From Candidatus Latescibacterota bacterium (GTDB lineage: Bacteria; Latescibacterota; UBA2968): DNA of 64,000 bases. How positions within the stretch are numbered: the first letter of the stretch is position 1; every line of letters begins with the position of its first letter. Where the stretch lies: positions 4,832,001 to 4,896,000 of the forward strand of contig OZ244960.1 of the NCBI GenBank assembly GCA_965222605.1. The letters run 5' to 3'. Made by a program: the position numbers and the translations under genes. Shown one piece after another: positions 48,586-59,029 of the stretch. A model generated the notes under the pieces. The model saw only the letters and a list, made by a program, of their open reading frames with translations, searched no databases and was not told the DNA's origin.

Positions 48586-48606
48586 TCTGAGATGAGGGAT
48601 GATTTT

Positions 48607-49536
48607 ATGAGACGTATTTTTTGCATCCTGATTGTATTTGCATGGGTTGGCATGGCCAAAGCAGAGGTGCAGGTCGCGTTTCGCTTTGAGGCTGTTTTTG
48701 GCGAAATAGGAGGCGGCGATGGGCAGTTTCTCGATCCCGAGGGATTGACTCTGGATACGTCGGGCAATGTGTTTGTGGTGGATACCGGGAATGATCGCGT
48801 CCAAAAATTGTCTCCAACTGGCACCTTTTTGAGGGCAGTGGGGGGACCGGGCTGGGAAGATGGGCAATTTAATAAACCGGGTGGTATTGCCGCGAGCAAG
48901 GGGTTGGAGATTTATGTGGCTGATGGCCGAAATCGCCGCATTCAGGTGTTTAATCTCAATTTGCGTCTCCTATCTGTGATTGGTGGGGCGGATGCTGGTG
49001 GTTCTATGGATCTGGGTACGCTCAGTGGTATTGCCGTGTCGGATGCAGATGAGATTTTGGTGAGCGATATCGATGCCGATCAACTGGTGCAGATCGATAC
49101 GTATAGCCGCCTTGATCGCAGTTTTGGCGGATTTGGGTATGGGGCTGGCAATTTGCGGCGACCTTTGGGGATCGCAATAGAGGGGCGTGAGGTGGTTTAT
49201 GTTTGTGATAGTGAGAATGATAGGATCGCGGTGTTCGACAGGTTTGGCAATTTTAAAAAGACAATGGGTAAAGATATTTTATTGCAGCCCTCGGCGCTGT
49301 GCGTGGGGCCTGAGCGGACGTTGATCGTAGCGGATACAGGCCACCATCGCATTGTGGTGTTTGATCTCGATTCAGGCGGTGTTGCAGGCTCTTTAGGCGG
49401 TCCCGATCCGGGAAAGGGAGCGATGGCATTTCAGTTTCCTCGGGGTGTCGCGCTTGGACGCGCTGGCAGGTTGTTCGTCCTGGATTCGGGCAATGGGCGC
49501 ATTCAGAAGTTGCAATTGCAAGTTTCAAGGCGGTGA
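48607..49536 (+). CDS. secreted NHL-repeat protein
   Basis: Signal peptide; repeated GQF..P.G...VxDxGNxRIQ. Confidence 0.88.
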   Translation: MRRIFCILIVFAWVGMAKAEVQVAFRFEAVFGEIGGGDGQFLDPEGLTLDTSGNVFVVDTGNDRVQKLSPTGTFLRAVGGPGWEDGQFNKPGGIAASKGLEIYVADGRNRRIQVFNLNLRLLSVIGGADAGGSMDLGTLSGIAVSDADEILVSDIDADQLVQIDTYSRLDRSFGGFGYGAGNLRRPLGIAIEGREVVYVCDSENDRIAVFDRFGNFKKTMGKDILLQPSALCVGPERTLIVADTGHHRIVVFDLDSGGVAGSLGGPDPGKGAMAFQFPRGVALGRAGRLFVLDSGNGRIQKLQLQVSRR

Positions 49537-49637
49537 GTTGGAGGGTAAGAAGTCCGCCCAACTATCCATTAAAACAACAGGCCGGGATGTTCCGCGGGGC
49601 GGGATGTCCTATTTTTTTTAGACGCAAGGGGTGAAAG

Positions 49638-52600
49638 GTGAGACGCGATACGCGAGAGATGAGTTTTAGCACCCTTTGTATCGCTCAGGGTATTGTACAT
49701 TTTTTATTATGTGTTGTGACGGCACACGCGCAGGTTCCCGTGCCAGAGCAGTTTACATTGTTTGATGGGGAACGGGTGTTTCAAGCGGATGGGAGCCGCG
49801 GACCTTTTGCGATTTCTGACCGTGCGATTGAGGTGGGGAGCGAACGGGTTTGGGTGGATGGGGTGTTGTTCATTCGGGACCGGGATTATGTGGTAGATGC
49901 CGATCGCGCGTTGCTGACGCTTTTGCGGGATGTTGCGCGGGGTGTGGAGATTGTGGTGCGTTTTAGACAGCGTCCTCTGGTGGCTGCGCCTGTGGTTCAG
50001 CGTCGCCAGTTTCAACCGGGGGAAGCCGGTGGTGACCAGCCGATTGTGCGTGTGTTTGCTCCACCTGTTGTGCGAGATAGGGATGAGGAGCAGAAATTGA
50101 CGATTGGCGGTCATAAGAGTATTTCTTTAACTGCAGGGTCTCAACACGCGGTTCATCAGGCTTTGCAGTTGCGTATTTCGGGCGAGGTTGCCGAGGGGGT
50201 CAATTTATTGGCCGTGCTGTCCGATCGCAATTTGCCAATAGGTGAGGGGGGTGGATCGAAGAGGTTGCAAGAATTGGATCGCGTGTTTTTTCAGGTTAAT
50301 GCCAATCAGGTGTCGGCTACGCTCGGCGATCTCGATGTGGCGTTTGACGGGACTGTGTTTGGGCGTTATCGAAGGCAGTTGCAGGGCGCGCGCGTGTTGG
50401 CTCATCGGGATAGGGGTCAGGTTGCGGCTTTTGGGGCGGTGTCGCGGGGGCGGTGGGAAACGCGGCGGCTGGTGACGGTTGAGGGGTTTCAGGGGCCTTA
50501 TTCATTGTCGGGTGGTGGGTTGAGGGGGCAAATTGTGCCAGAGTCCGAGCGGGTGTATCTCAATGGGCGGTTGCTCAAACGCGGAGATGGGGCAGATTAT
50601 ACGGTTGATTACGAGCGCGGGCATGTGGCGTTCACGCCTGAAATACCGATTGGGGTAGAGAGCCGCGTTATAGTGGAATATCAGGTGATTGATGCCGGTA
50701 TGAGAAGCCGGCTGATGGGTATAGAGTCCCGCGTGTCCCTCGCTGAGGGGGTGTCTGTGGGGACAACGCTGATTCGAGAGTCTGATCGTCCCGAATTATC
50801 GCCCGGGATAACTTCGGTGCATCGGCAGTTGGGGGTGGTGTACGCGACGTACACGCCGTGGTCAAATGCGCGTATTTCTGGGGAGTTTGCCCTGAGTGAT
50901 CGGGATATGGGAAGTGGGCGCGGGTTTCGCATGGATGGCGCGTGGAAAGCGCGCAATTTTGAAGTCACGGGTCGGTTTCGCCAGGTCGGAGCCAATTTTG
51001 AAGCATTTGAGAGATTGGACAGAGGGCGGGCTGCCGGACGATGGGGGTGGCAAGCCGATACTGCGCGAACCGCCCAACGCGAGGGCGAGATGGCTGTGCG
51101 TTGGGATTTGGGCAAGGCGTTTTTCGTTACCGGGGAATACGGACAGCATTTGGGTGCTGTGCTAACGGATCGGAAAAGTGTGGGGATTCACTCGCCCGTG
51201 GGGATGTACCGCTACGAGTCGCTCGGGCGCGGTAGTGGTGGGATGCGCCGGCACGAGGGGCAAGTCGAAGTGTCGGTGGGGGGTGTTGTGCCGGGGTTTC
51301 GTTTTTCGCTGGAAAATGGGGTGGGTGATGGGGTGGGGAGCAGTTCGCTTTTTTATGCCACACGTCCGCGCGTTTTGCCTCAGGGTATTGACAAACAGGA
51401 GTTGGTGTGGCACATGGGCGTTGGCGAAGGGCGAAATTGGTCGTGGGTATCGGAGTTGAAATATCGGAAGTTCAGGCAGCGAGAAACGGTGTGGCAGGAC
51501 AGTTTGCGCGGGTGGTTGCACACCCACAGGGCACAGATGACAAATTGGAAGGGCTGGATTTTTTCTGGTTCTTATACTCACGGAGAAATCCAGATCGGAC
51601 GCGAACATCAGCAGACGACACATCTGGGGCGCGTGCGGTTGGGGCATAATCGTCCTGGCTCGTCGCATCAGATAACGTATCGCGTTTCGAGTACGCGGGT
51701 CAGTCAGCCCATTTTTGTCGAGGTGGCGTCCGGGCTGGGGGAATATATTTGGAAGGATGCCAATGGCGATGGTTTGCGCGATGTGGAAGAGTTTGTGCCC
51801 GATGTCGATGGCAATTATGTGCGGGTTTATGATTATGGGCAGTTTGCCCCTGCACGCGATGGTGCGCTGGGCATGCGCGTGGAAATCGATTTTCGGCGTT
51901 TGATTGGAGATGAGCACATTTTGTCCGTTGTTGCGCTGGATGCGTCGTTGCGTGCGGAGCGGCAGATTGCGGTTGGGACAAAGCACGCGGCTCCCTGGGA
52001 TCTATTTGGCTTTGATGAAGATGCTGGGATTTTGGGTGCTCGCAGGGATGGACTGGTGCGTCTTTATTTGTTTCGGTATCACAGGCGTGGATCGCTGCGT
52101 TTGACTGCGCGCGTGCGCGATCAGGTCAATCGCGCTCTTTACGGGGGTGCTGCTGAAGTTTTTGTGCAGGGTGGTGCATTGGGAAAATTGAGACCTGTCA
52201 ATCGCCTTGAACTGGAGACGGAATTTGATCTGGGACACAGAGCGCGCGAAGGCGCGGGTGCTTTTGCCTATCGCATTGATGGGGCGAGTGGTGCGCTGCG
52301 CTGTGCGTTCAGGTCCGCGCATAAATGGTATTTGCGTTTGGGCGTTTTGAGCGGGCGAGATTGGGAACGCATCCGGGCGTTGCGCGTGTGGCATATCGGC
52401 GTCCAGCCAGAGGTGATTTACGCTTTGCCCGGTCGCGGGCGATTGCGCGGGCGATTGGATTGGACGCGGGTTTGGGCGACGGATATAACGCCCTTATTTT
52501 TGGGGTTGGCAAGGGGGAATCGCCAGGGGCAGAATTGGGCGTGGCGATTGGGGATGGATTACCGCTTTGGCAAATATGTATCGGCGCGGGTGATGTACGA

Positions 52601-52667
52601 TGGTCGCGTAAGGCCGGCTCGTCAGACCATACATCTCGGACGCGTGGAGATGCGGGCGGTGTTTTGA
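49638..52667 (+). CDS. large uncharacterised outer-membrane beta-barrel protein
   Basis: Signal peptide, amphipathic strands, SERV..G..L.R..DY.VD twice, DANGDG loop and terminal Phe. Confidence 0.65.
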   Translation: MRRDTREMSFSTLCIAQGIVHFLLCVVTAHAQVPVPEQFTLFDGERVFQADGSRGPFAISDRAIEVGSERVWVDGVLFIRDRDYVVDADRALLTLLRDVARGVEIVVRFRQRPLVAAPVVQRRQFQPGEAGGDQPIVRVFAPPVVRDRDEEQKLTIGGHKSISLTAGSQHAVHQALQLRISGEVAEGVNLLAVLSDRNLPIGEGGGSKRLQELDRVFFQVNANQVSATLGDLDVAFDGTVFGRYRRQLQGARVLAHRDRGQVAAFGAVSRGRWETRRLVTVEGFQGPYSLSGGGLRGQIVPESERVYLNGRLLKRGDGADYTVDYERGHVAFTPEIPIGVESRVIVEYQVIDAGMRSRLMGIESRVSLAEGVSVGTTLIRESDRPELSPGITSVHRQLGVVYATYTPWSNARISGEFALSDRDMGSGRGFRMDGAWKARNFEVTGRFRQVGANFEAFERLDRGRAAGRWGWQADTARTAQREGEMAVRWDLGKAFFVTGEYGQHLGAVLTDRKSVGIHSPVGMYRYESLGRGSGGMRRHEGQVEVSVGGVVPGFRFSLENGVGDGVGSSSLFYATRPRVLPQGIDKQELVWHMGVGEGRNWSWVSELKYRKFRQRETVWQDSLRGWLHTHRAQMTNWKGWIFSGSYTHGEIQIGREHQQTTHLGRVRLGHNRPGSSHQITYRVSSTRVSQPIFVEVASGLGEYIWKDANGDGLRDVEEFVPDVDGNYVRVYDYGQFAPARDGALGMRVEIDFRRLIGDEHILSVVALDASLRAERQIAVGTKHAAPWDLFGFDEDAGILGARRDGLVRLYLFRYHRRGSLRLTARVRDQVNRALYGGAAEVFVQGGALGKLRPVNRLELETEFDLGHRAREGAGAFAYRIDGASGALRCAFRSAHKWYLRLGVLSGRDWERIRALRVWHIGVQPEVIYALPGRGRLRGRLDWTRVWATDITPLFLGLARGNRQGQNWAWRLGMDYRFGKYVSARVMYDGRVRPARQTIHLGRVEMRAVF

Positions 52668-52717
52668 TAAGTGTGAAGTTTGAAGTGAGAAGGATGAAGG
52701 AGAAAGAAAAAATCAAG

Positions 52718-52745
52718 TGTAGGGGCGGTGCCCCTGTGCCCGCCC
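52718..52745 (+). repeat. GTAG-type REP-like palindrome
   Basis: gtaggggcggtgcccctgtgcccgccc in an intergenic space. Confidence 0.55.
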
Positions 52746-52765
52746 GTCGTCGTGCAAAGGTGCAG

Positions 52766-54427
52766 ATGAATACAGATGCGTACATAAAAGTGTGGCGATG
52801 CTTGCTTCTTGCGTTGTGGATGATCTGTGTCGTGTCCAACGCAGGGGGAGAGGTGCGTGCGATTGTGAAGCGCGTGCAGGTTGAAGGTGCGCGGTCTGTA
52901 AGTGCGCGCGATGTGCGGGGGTGGTTGGTTACGCGGGCGGGTGTTGCGGTGGATTCGGCGTTGTTGCGAAAGGATGTTCACCGCATTTTGAAGGGGTATC
53001 AGGCGCGTGGATTCTGGCATGTGTCGGTGGCTTTTCCCAGGGTTGCTATACGTGGGGACGACGCTGCGGTGGCTTTTGCAATTGTTGAAGGGGCGCGGAC
53101 GCGGGTCGCGTCTGTGGAGATAAAGGGTGATCTGGTCTTTGATCCATCGGAGGCTTTTGGCCTGGCGCGGGGTATGGTGTTGATCGAAAGCGATTTGGAC
53201 CAGCGGTTGGATCACCTGTTGCGTTTTTATGAAGACCGGGGCTATCCGTTTTGCGCGTTGCGTCCAGATGTGCGATTTGATAGTGATGGCGCGCGCGTGC
53301 AGGTGGTGGTGTCACCTGGTCCTCTGGTGCATGTCGATGTGGTGCGCTTTGAGGGCAATCAAACGACGCGGGAAGATGTTTTGTTGCGGCATATTTCGTT
53401 TGTTGTGGGGGAAGTTTATGACCAGCGGCGCGTGGATGCTTTTGTGAGGCAGTTGCAAAATTTGCCGTTTATTGACCGGGTTTATACGCCTGAACTCGTA
53501 TCTACCGGTGATGAGATGGCGCTTGTGATCGGTGTGGAGGAGTCGCGCCACACGCGTATTGAAGGGGTGTTCGGTGTGGGTTCCGGGCAGGGTTTGACCG
53601 GGGAGATCGCGCTCGATGTTTTGAATTTTTCCGGTGGGGGGCGAGAGGGTTACGCGCTGTGGTCGCGGCGGGGGGTGGGTTTGTCGAATTTGCGGGTTTC
53701 GTATCGCGAGCCTTATGTGTTAAATAGTCCGCTTTCCGGTTGGGGTGAAGTGGAAATGGTTGCGCGCACGGGGTACGTGACGCACAAGTTTGGGGGAGGT
53801 GCTGATGTTTCTGTGGGGGAGGGCACGCGATTTTTTGGCGGTGTTGTACACAGGCGCGTTTTGCCCGATTCCTCGGGGTTGGGATTTTTCGAGGCCGAGA
53901 GGATGTGGTCTCTCGAGTCAGGTGTTCGGTTTGGTCGGCGAGAGGGTGCTATGAGCGGCTGGCAGGCGGAGATCAGGGGAGAGGTTGGCGAGGTTTCAGA
54001 TGGGATCAGGCGCGTGCAGTGGGGTGTTGATGGGCAGGTGTTTTTGCCTGTGGGCAAGCAGTCTGTTATTGCGGGACGGGCGCGCGCTTTTTGGGTGGGG
54101 CAGAAGGGGGATGTGCCGCAGACTGCCGGTATCTGGCTGGGGGGGGCGCAATCGCTGCGGGGCTATCGGGAAGAGATGTTTTGGGGAACGAATGCGGGGT
54201 GGGTCAATGTGGAATGGCGGTGGTTGTTGGATCCGAAGGCGCGGCTTTTTGCATTTGTCGATGCGGGAAGGATTGAGGGGGCAGGGACGCGTTCATGGCC
54301 CGTGTCCTATGGCGTGGGGCTTTTGGCAAATGGACGGATGGGCGCGGTTGGGATAGATTATGGATTGCCACGGGGTGAGAGCCTGGGGCAGGGCATGGTG
54401 CATGTGCGGATGATCAGCGCGTTTTAG
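52766..54427 (+). CDS. Omp85 family (BamA/TamA-like) POTRA + barrel protein
   Basis: POTRA motifs YQARGF, YEDRGYPF and FEGNQTT; barrel GGAQSLRGY; terminal Phe. Confidence 0.85.
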   Translation: MNTDAYIKVWRCLLLALWMICVVSNAGGEVRAIVKRVQVEGARSVSARDVRGWLVTRAGVAVDSALLRKDVHRILKGYQARGFWHVSVAFPRVAIRGDDAAVAFAIVEGARTRVASVEIKGDLVFDPSEAFGLARGMVLIESDLDQRLDHLLRFYEDRGYPFCALRPDVRFDSDGARVQVVVSPGPLVHVDVVRFEGNQTTREDVLLRHISFVVGEVYDQRRVDAFVRQLQNLPFIDRVYTPELVSTGDEMALVIGVEESRHTRIEGVFGVGSGQGLTGEIALDVLNFSGGGREGYALWSRRGVGLSNLRVSYREPYVLNSPLSGWGEVEMVARTGYVTHKFGGGADVSVGEGTRFFGGVVHRRVLPDSSGLGFFEAERMWSLESGVRFGRREGAMSGWQAEIRGEVGEVSDGIRRVQWGVDGQVFLPVGKQSVIAGRARAFWVGQKGDVPQTAGIWLGGAQSLRGYREEMFWGTNAGWVNVEWRWLLDPKARLFAFVDAGRIEGAGTRSWPVSYGVGLLANGRMGAVGIDYGLPRGESLGQGMVHVRMISAF

Positions 54428-54505
54428 TTTGTGTGACACCTGCGCGCGGAGTATATTCTGAGGCGCAAAAATTCGTATGCAATTATCATTCACGAGGAGA
54501 GTTTT

Positions 54506-55975
54506 ATGTTGAGCAGGATTCGCAGTGTGATGCTGGTCGTTCTCGCCGCGGGTTTCATGTGGGGCTGTGGTGGCGAGCGCGGGATGGAGTCTTCCGAGGT
54601 GGAGGAGCAGATTGGACGCCCGCTGAGCAAAATAGCTGTAGCGGATGGGAGTGTGTCTCAGGCGATGGTGGTAGCGACTATGTCGCAAGATGACGCGCCT
54701 GTAGCGGGTGTAATGGTCGAGTTTGCGCGTTCTATTGCCGGGGAGGCACCCGATTATCAGTGGTCGGAGCTGACGGATGAGATGGGGCGCGTCACGGTGG
54801 AGATATCCGGTCAGGCGAGTGGTTATTATCAGGCGCGCGCGTCTTGGGATGGCTCTGTGATGGGGCGTTGGTCGAGTATCCCGATCAATGGGGGCTATAC
54901 GTCGATGGTTGCGTTGCCCATTGGTGGGAAGGCGCGGGTGACGGGTACATCTGAACTCATATCAGTTGGCATTGTCGTGTCTAAAACAGGACGGTTATCC
55001 GCGATTGGACAGAGGTTTATCAATGGCTTTGAAATGGCTCGCGAAGAGGTGAACTCACAACTGGGCAATGCGAGTTTGAGGTTTATTGTCGAGGATGACC
55101 AGAGCACAATAGAAGGTGCTAAGGCAGCGTACAATAAACTCATTCAAGATGGCGTGCCAGCCATTCTCGGTGTTTATACTTCTACCATGGTGCGCGCGGT
55201 ATTTCCCATTGCGCAGGAAAATGAGATTGTGGCGATTAGTCCTACCTCGGCCGCACGCGGCCTCAGCGCGATTGGCGATTTTGTTTTTCGCGTTAGCCTT
55301 ACCGTTGATGCGTTGATCCCGGGCAGTGTAAAACTGACTCGAGAAAAATTGGGCTATGAGCGCGTGGTCACGATGTTTGATCGCATTGATGTTTTTTCGC
55401 CAAGCAGCGACGCGGTGTTGAAGCAGGCCTTTAGTGAGAATGGGGTCGAGGTTTTGGCCTCGGAGACTTTTGAAACCGGCGAGACGGATTTTTCCGAGCA
55501 ATTTTCTCGGCTTGTGGCGCTGAATCCAGATGCTATTTTTGTTTCAGCTTTGCCAGCAGAGAGGGTCGTGGCTCTGACTGAGGGGCAGCAGTACGGCATT
55601 CCAATTCTGATTCCTCTGCTCACCCTGAGTGAGGTAGAACGCGCTGGGGAGGCTGCTGAAGGGGCAATTAGTTTTACGTCGTGGAGCAGCACGGCCGATA
55701 TACCTGACAACCGCGCCTTTGTTGAGAATTATAGGGCGAAATACGGTGCCGAGCCGAGCCGATACGCGGCCATGTCCTACGCGACGGTTCATATTTTGGC
55801 AAAAGCTATTGCAGATGCCCAGTCCTCCGATCCGCGTGCGATTCGGGACGCGCTGGCTCAAATCGAGAATTTGGATACGATTTTGGGCTCGTTTTCATTT
55901 GACGCCAATGGAGATGCGATTTACGATCCGGCGGTTCTGATTGTTAAGGATGGTAAATTTGAGGTTTTTGAGTGA
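54506..55975 (+). CDS. branched-chain amino acid ABC substrate-binding lipoprotein with extra N-terminal beta domain
   Basis: Lipobox MWGC; VGIVVSKTG, VEDDQS, FVFRVS and GSFSFDANGD. Confidence 0.82.
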   Translation: MLSRIRSVMLVVLAAGFMWGCGGERGMESSEVEEQIGRPLSKIAVADGSVSQAMVVATMSQDDAPVAGVMVEFARSIAGEAPDYQWSELTDEMGRVTVEISGQASGYYQARASWDGSVMGRWSSIPINGGYTSMVALPIGGKARVTGTSELISVGIVVSKTGRLSAIGQRFINGFEMAREEVNSQLGNASLRFIVEDDQSTIEGAKAAYNKLIQDGVPAILGVYTSTMVRAVFPIAQENEIVAISPTSAARGLSAIGDFVFRVSLTVDALIPGSVKLTREKLGYERVVTMFDRIDVFSPSSDAVLKQAFSENGVEVLASETFETGETDFSEQFSRLVALNPDAIFVSALPAERVVALTEGQQYGIPILIPLLTLSEVERAGEAAEGAISFTSWSSTADIPDNRAFVENYRAKYGAEPSRYAAMSYATVHILAKAIADAQSSDPRAIRDALAQIENLDTILGSFSFDANGDAIYDPAVLIVKDGKFEVFE

Positions 55976-56011
55976 TGTGGGGGAGGCTCGTTTGTGCAGA
56001 TAGCATGAAAG

Positions 56012-56039
56012 AAGGGCGCGTTTTAAACGCGCCCTTTTT
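56012..56039. terminator. bidirectional terminator
   Basis: aagggcgcgttt/aaacgcgccctt between convergent genes. Confidence 0.75.
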
Positions 56040-56057
56040 ATTTGTGGTCAGTGGGTT

Positions 56058-56876
56058 TTAAAAAAAGGGAAAAAGTTTTGGGATATTGTCGTCTGTGAGT
56101 GCGCTGCCGTATTCACAGCCTTCATAAGCTTCGGCATATTGGACTTTTGAGCCGCGTTCTTGACCGTAGTATTTGATCAATAGATCGCGATATCGATCGG
56201 CTACGGTGCGAAATTGATTGAGGCGATGCCGCAACCATTCGCGGCGGTTTTGCGGCGATTCGGGTACCTGGTCGAGGTGGCCCGCGTTGAAGGGCAACCA
56301 TTCGTACATTTGCGATGTGTGGCAGTGTAGCATGTCGAGTTTTTTTTCGATGACATCGTCAATAGCTATAACGACATCTGGAGAAAAAGGTTGCGGTTTT
56401 TTGAAGTTGTCGCTCAGGTAGGCGATGACGGGGTTGTACGACAGGGCGGGTGTGTCTGTGCAGATGTTGGGTACGGTGACCATGTATGCCGAGTCCTGTA
56501 CGAGGATGGATGTATAGCGGTGATCGGGGTGGTAGTCATTGGGGCGATGAGTCAGGATGAGGTCCGGCGTATAGTTGCGAATCAGGCGGATGATTTTTTT
56601 CCGATTTTCAAGGGTGGGTTCAAGCTCGCCGTCGTGGTTGTCGAGTACGCGGTATTCAATGCCCGCAACTGCACCTGCTGCCTGGGCTTCGGCGCGGCGA
56701 TGACGGGCGAGTTCAACGCCGCCAATTTCGTGATGGCCCGCGTCGCCATTGGTGACAGAGACAAATTTTACTTCGTGCCCGAGGTTCGCATATTTGATGG
56801 CGATGCCGCCCGCTTTGATATCGCAATCGTCGGGGTGGGCACCAAAGACAATGATTTTTAGTGGTTTGTTATTCAT
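56058..56876 (-). CDS. PIG-L family deacetylase
   Basis: GAHPDDCD, TNGDAG and DYHPDH. Confidence 0.9.
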   Translation of the reverse strand: MNNKPLKIIVFGAHPDDCDIKAGGIAIKYANLGHEVKFVSVTNGDAGHHEIGGVELARHRRAEAQAAGAVAGIEYRVLDNHDGELEPTLENRKKIIRLIRNYTPDLILTHRPNDYHPDHRYTSILVQDSAYMVTVPNICTDTPALSYNPVIAYLSDNFKKPQPFSPDVVIAIDDVIEKKLDMLHCHTSQMYEWLPFNAGHLDQVPESPQNRREWLRHRLNQFRTVADRYRDLLIKYYGQERGSKVQYAEAYEGCEYGSALTDDNIPKLFPFF

Positions 56877-56885
56877 GGTGATTCC

Positions 56886-58070
56886 TCAATTAAATGGGTT
56901 TTCGTTTTTTGCATGCAGGCGATAGAGGCCCACACCACAGGCGAGTGCGCCGAGGCAAAATAATACGGAGATGCCAAAGGGCCAGATGGGACCCCAGTCG
57001 ATGAGCTTTCCTCCACCGAGGCTGCCAGAGAGCATGCCCAGGCTCCAGGCGAGGTGGGCTGCGCCAACGACGCGGCCTTTTTCGTCTTCGCGAGCGATCA
57101 ATTGTATGAGGCCCGGCATGGTGGTCGAAAGAGACCAGGCCGAAGCGGTTGCGAGAATGCCAAAGACGTAGATGCCAGTAAGGGTGTGCGCGGTCAGGGC
57201 GAGGCCGAGGGCACTGATGGCGACGAGCGACGCGGATACGAGGATGGGACGCCAGCGCCCGATGCGGTCGCAAAGCCGACCGGTGAGTACCTGAAAACAA
57301 GCTGCAATGGCCAGGCTGATGGCGCTATAGGTTGTGGCTGCGGTGCTGGTGCCCGCAATGCGAAAAATGAGCAGGGGCAAGAGCAAGGTGACAGCACCCC
57401 AATAGCTGGTGGGCAGGTAGCGAATGCCCAACAGGAAGCACACGTCAAGACGGCGGAACAGTTGAATGAATGCGGACAGGTTGCGACCATTGTCAGCAGT
57501 TTTTGGCGAGGGAATCGCGGGGAGGATCAGGATGCTCATCAGGACGACCACTACCCCTGCAAGTGTGATGCAAAAACCGAGGGTTTGAAATCCAAATGTA
57601 TCGGCGATGGGGCCAGAGAGAAGGTTTCCGGAAGCGGATCCGAGGGTGTTGCCGAGGAAATAACCAGCCGATGCGATGCCGATAACAGACGATGGGGCTG
57701 CGCTGATCAAATAGCTTTGCCCTCCGGCGCTGTTAAATCCAGATGAGATGCCAATGCCGGTACACAGGGCAGTCAGGAGGAACGGATCGCCGCTGAAGAA
57801 AATAACTCCGGCGAGGATAGGTCCCAAAGTACCGAGGACGTAAACGGGTTTGACGCCCCAGGTATCGGCAAGGCGGCCCGCAGGTACGGCAAAGACACCG
57901 CCTAAAATGAGAAATGCCGCGCGCAATCCCCCAGAAAAGAGGGGCGTGCCGAGGAGGTCTGCTTCGACATATACGGGCAAGAGTGTGTTGAGGGGGGCAG
58001 AGACAAAGCTGCTAAAAAAAGAGACAATAAGCAGGGCGATGAAACGGCGATTGAGGAGTTCGGAGTACAT
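56886..58070 (-). CDS. MFS transporter
   Basis: About 12 TM segments; GRLADTWG and GRLCDRIGR motif A. Confidence 0.9.
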   Translation of the reverse strand: MYSELLNRRFIALLIVSFFSSFVSAPLNTLLPVYVEADLLGTPLFSGGLRAAFLILGGVFAVPAGRLADTWGVKPVYVLGTLGPILAGVIFFSGDPFLLTALCTGIGISSGFNSAGGQSYLISAAPSSVIGIASAGYFLGNTLGSASGNLLSGPIADTFGFQTLGFCITLAGVVVVLMSILILPAIPSPKTADNGRNLSAFIQLFRRLDVCFLLGIRYLPTSYWGAVTLLLPLLIFRIAGTSTAATTYSAISLAIAACFQVLTGRLCDRIGRWRPILVSASLVAISALGLALTAHTLTGIYVFGILATASAWSLSTTMPGLIQLIAREDEKGRVVGAAHLAWSLGMLSGSLGGGKLIDWGPIWPFGISVLFCLGALACGVGLYRLHAKNENPFN

Positions 58071-58094
58071 TTTTTTATTTTTTTGTTTTCGCCC

Positions 58095-58125
58095 TTGACT
58101 CTCCAGTTACTGGAAGGTGTATATT
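58095..58125 (+). promoter_or_regulatory. MerR-type promoter/operator
   Basis: TTGACT-N19-TATATT with dyad tccagt-t-actgga in the spacer. Confidence 0.85.
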
Positions 58126-58169
58126 GTCCGTTGAAGGCCTTCAAACATCCGTATCACATGGAGGAATCC

Positions 58170-58973
58170 ATGCTCAAAATAGGAGAATTTTCCAGGCTCG
58201 TTGACGTGCCGGTCAAGACGTTGCGCTACTACGACGAAATCGGTTTGTTCAAATCCGATCACATCGATGAGCAAACCGGCTACCGCTTTTACTCTTTTGA
58301 GCAACTCCCGCGGCTCAATCGCCTGCTGGCTCTCAAAGACCTGGGCCTGTCTCTAAGCCAGATTGATCAAATGCTGCAAGAAAATCTTTCGGCTGATCAA
58401 CTTCGCGGTATGCTTTTGCAGAAACAGGTCGAACTCGAAGATTTGGCGAGAGATATCCAGGAACGTGTTGCCCGCGTGGAAGCCCGATTGGGTCTTATCG
58501 AAATGGAGGATAAAATGCCAGATTATGAAGTTGTCATTAAAACAGTTGAACCGGTTCTGGTTGCTTCCAGGCAAGGAGCCATTCCCCACTTTGCAGCCAT
58601 CGGCTCTGTGATGGATCGTCTGTACAATGCGGTTGTCGCCCATATTGTGAAACACAAGGGACAGTTTGCGGGACCGGGCATTACGGTATGGCATGAAAAT
58701 TTCAAACCCGAGGCAAGCATACCGATTAAAAAAACCATACCAGAAGGTGATGATGTCAAGATCCACGAGTTGCCGGGTGATCAAATGGCGTGCCTGGCGC
58801 ATCACGGAGGCTTTGAAGGTTTTCCGCAGGCCTATCAAGCGGGCCTTCAATGGATTGAGATCAACGGCTATGAGATCACCGGACCGAACCGGGAAGTGTA
58901 TTTGCAATTTAGACCCGATGGCAATCCGAAGGATTATGTGACGGAAATACAGTTTCCCGTGGCAAAAGTATAA
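58170..58973 (+). CDS. MerR family regulator with GyrI-like ligand domain
   Basis: MLKIGEFS...TLRYYDEIGL...GYRFY; C-terminal REVYL...TEIQFPV. Confidence 0.93.
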   Translation: MLKIGEFSRLVDVPVKTLRYYDEIGLFKSDHIDEQTGYRFYSFEQLPRLNRLLALKDLGLSLSQIDQMLQENLSADQLRGMLLQKQVELEDLARDIQERVARVEARLGLIEMEDKMPDYEVVIKTVEPVLVASRQGAIPHFAAIGSVMDRLYNAVVAHIVKHKGQFAGPGITVWHENFKPEASIPIKKTIPEGDDVKIHELPGDQMACLAHHGGFEGFPQAYQAGLQWIEINGYEITGPNREVYLQFRPDGNPKDYVTEIQFPVAKV

Positions 58974-58993
58974 GTTTGAGCGTCTGACAAGGG

Positions 58994-59029
58994 AAATACC
59001 GGGATGGTTTTGTGTCCCGGTATTTTTTT
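58994..59029. terminator. terminator between convergent genes
   Basis: aaataccggga/tcccggtattt stem plus T-run. Confidence 0.7.

Noticed and set aside
52325-52765. N-terminal extension of the Omp85 ORF
   Set aside because: Overlaps the upstream barrel gene in another frame and runs through intergenic repeats
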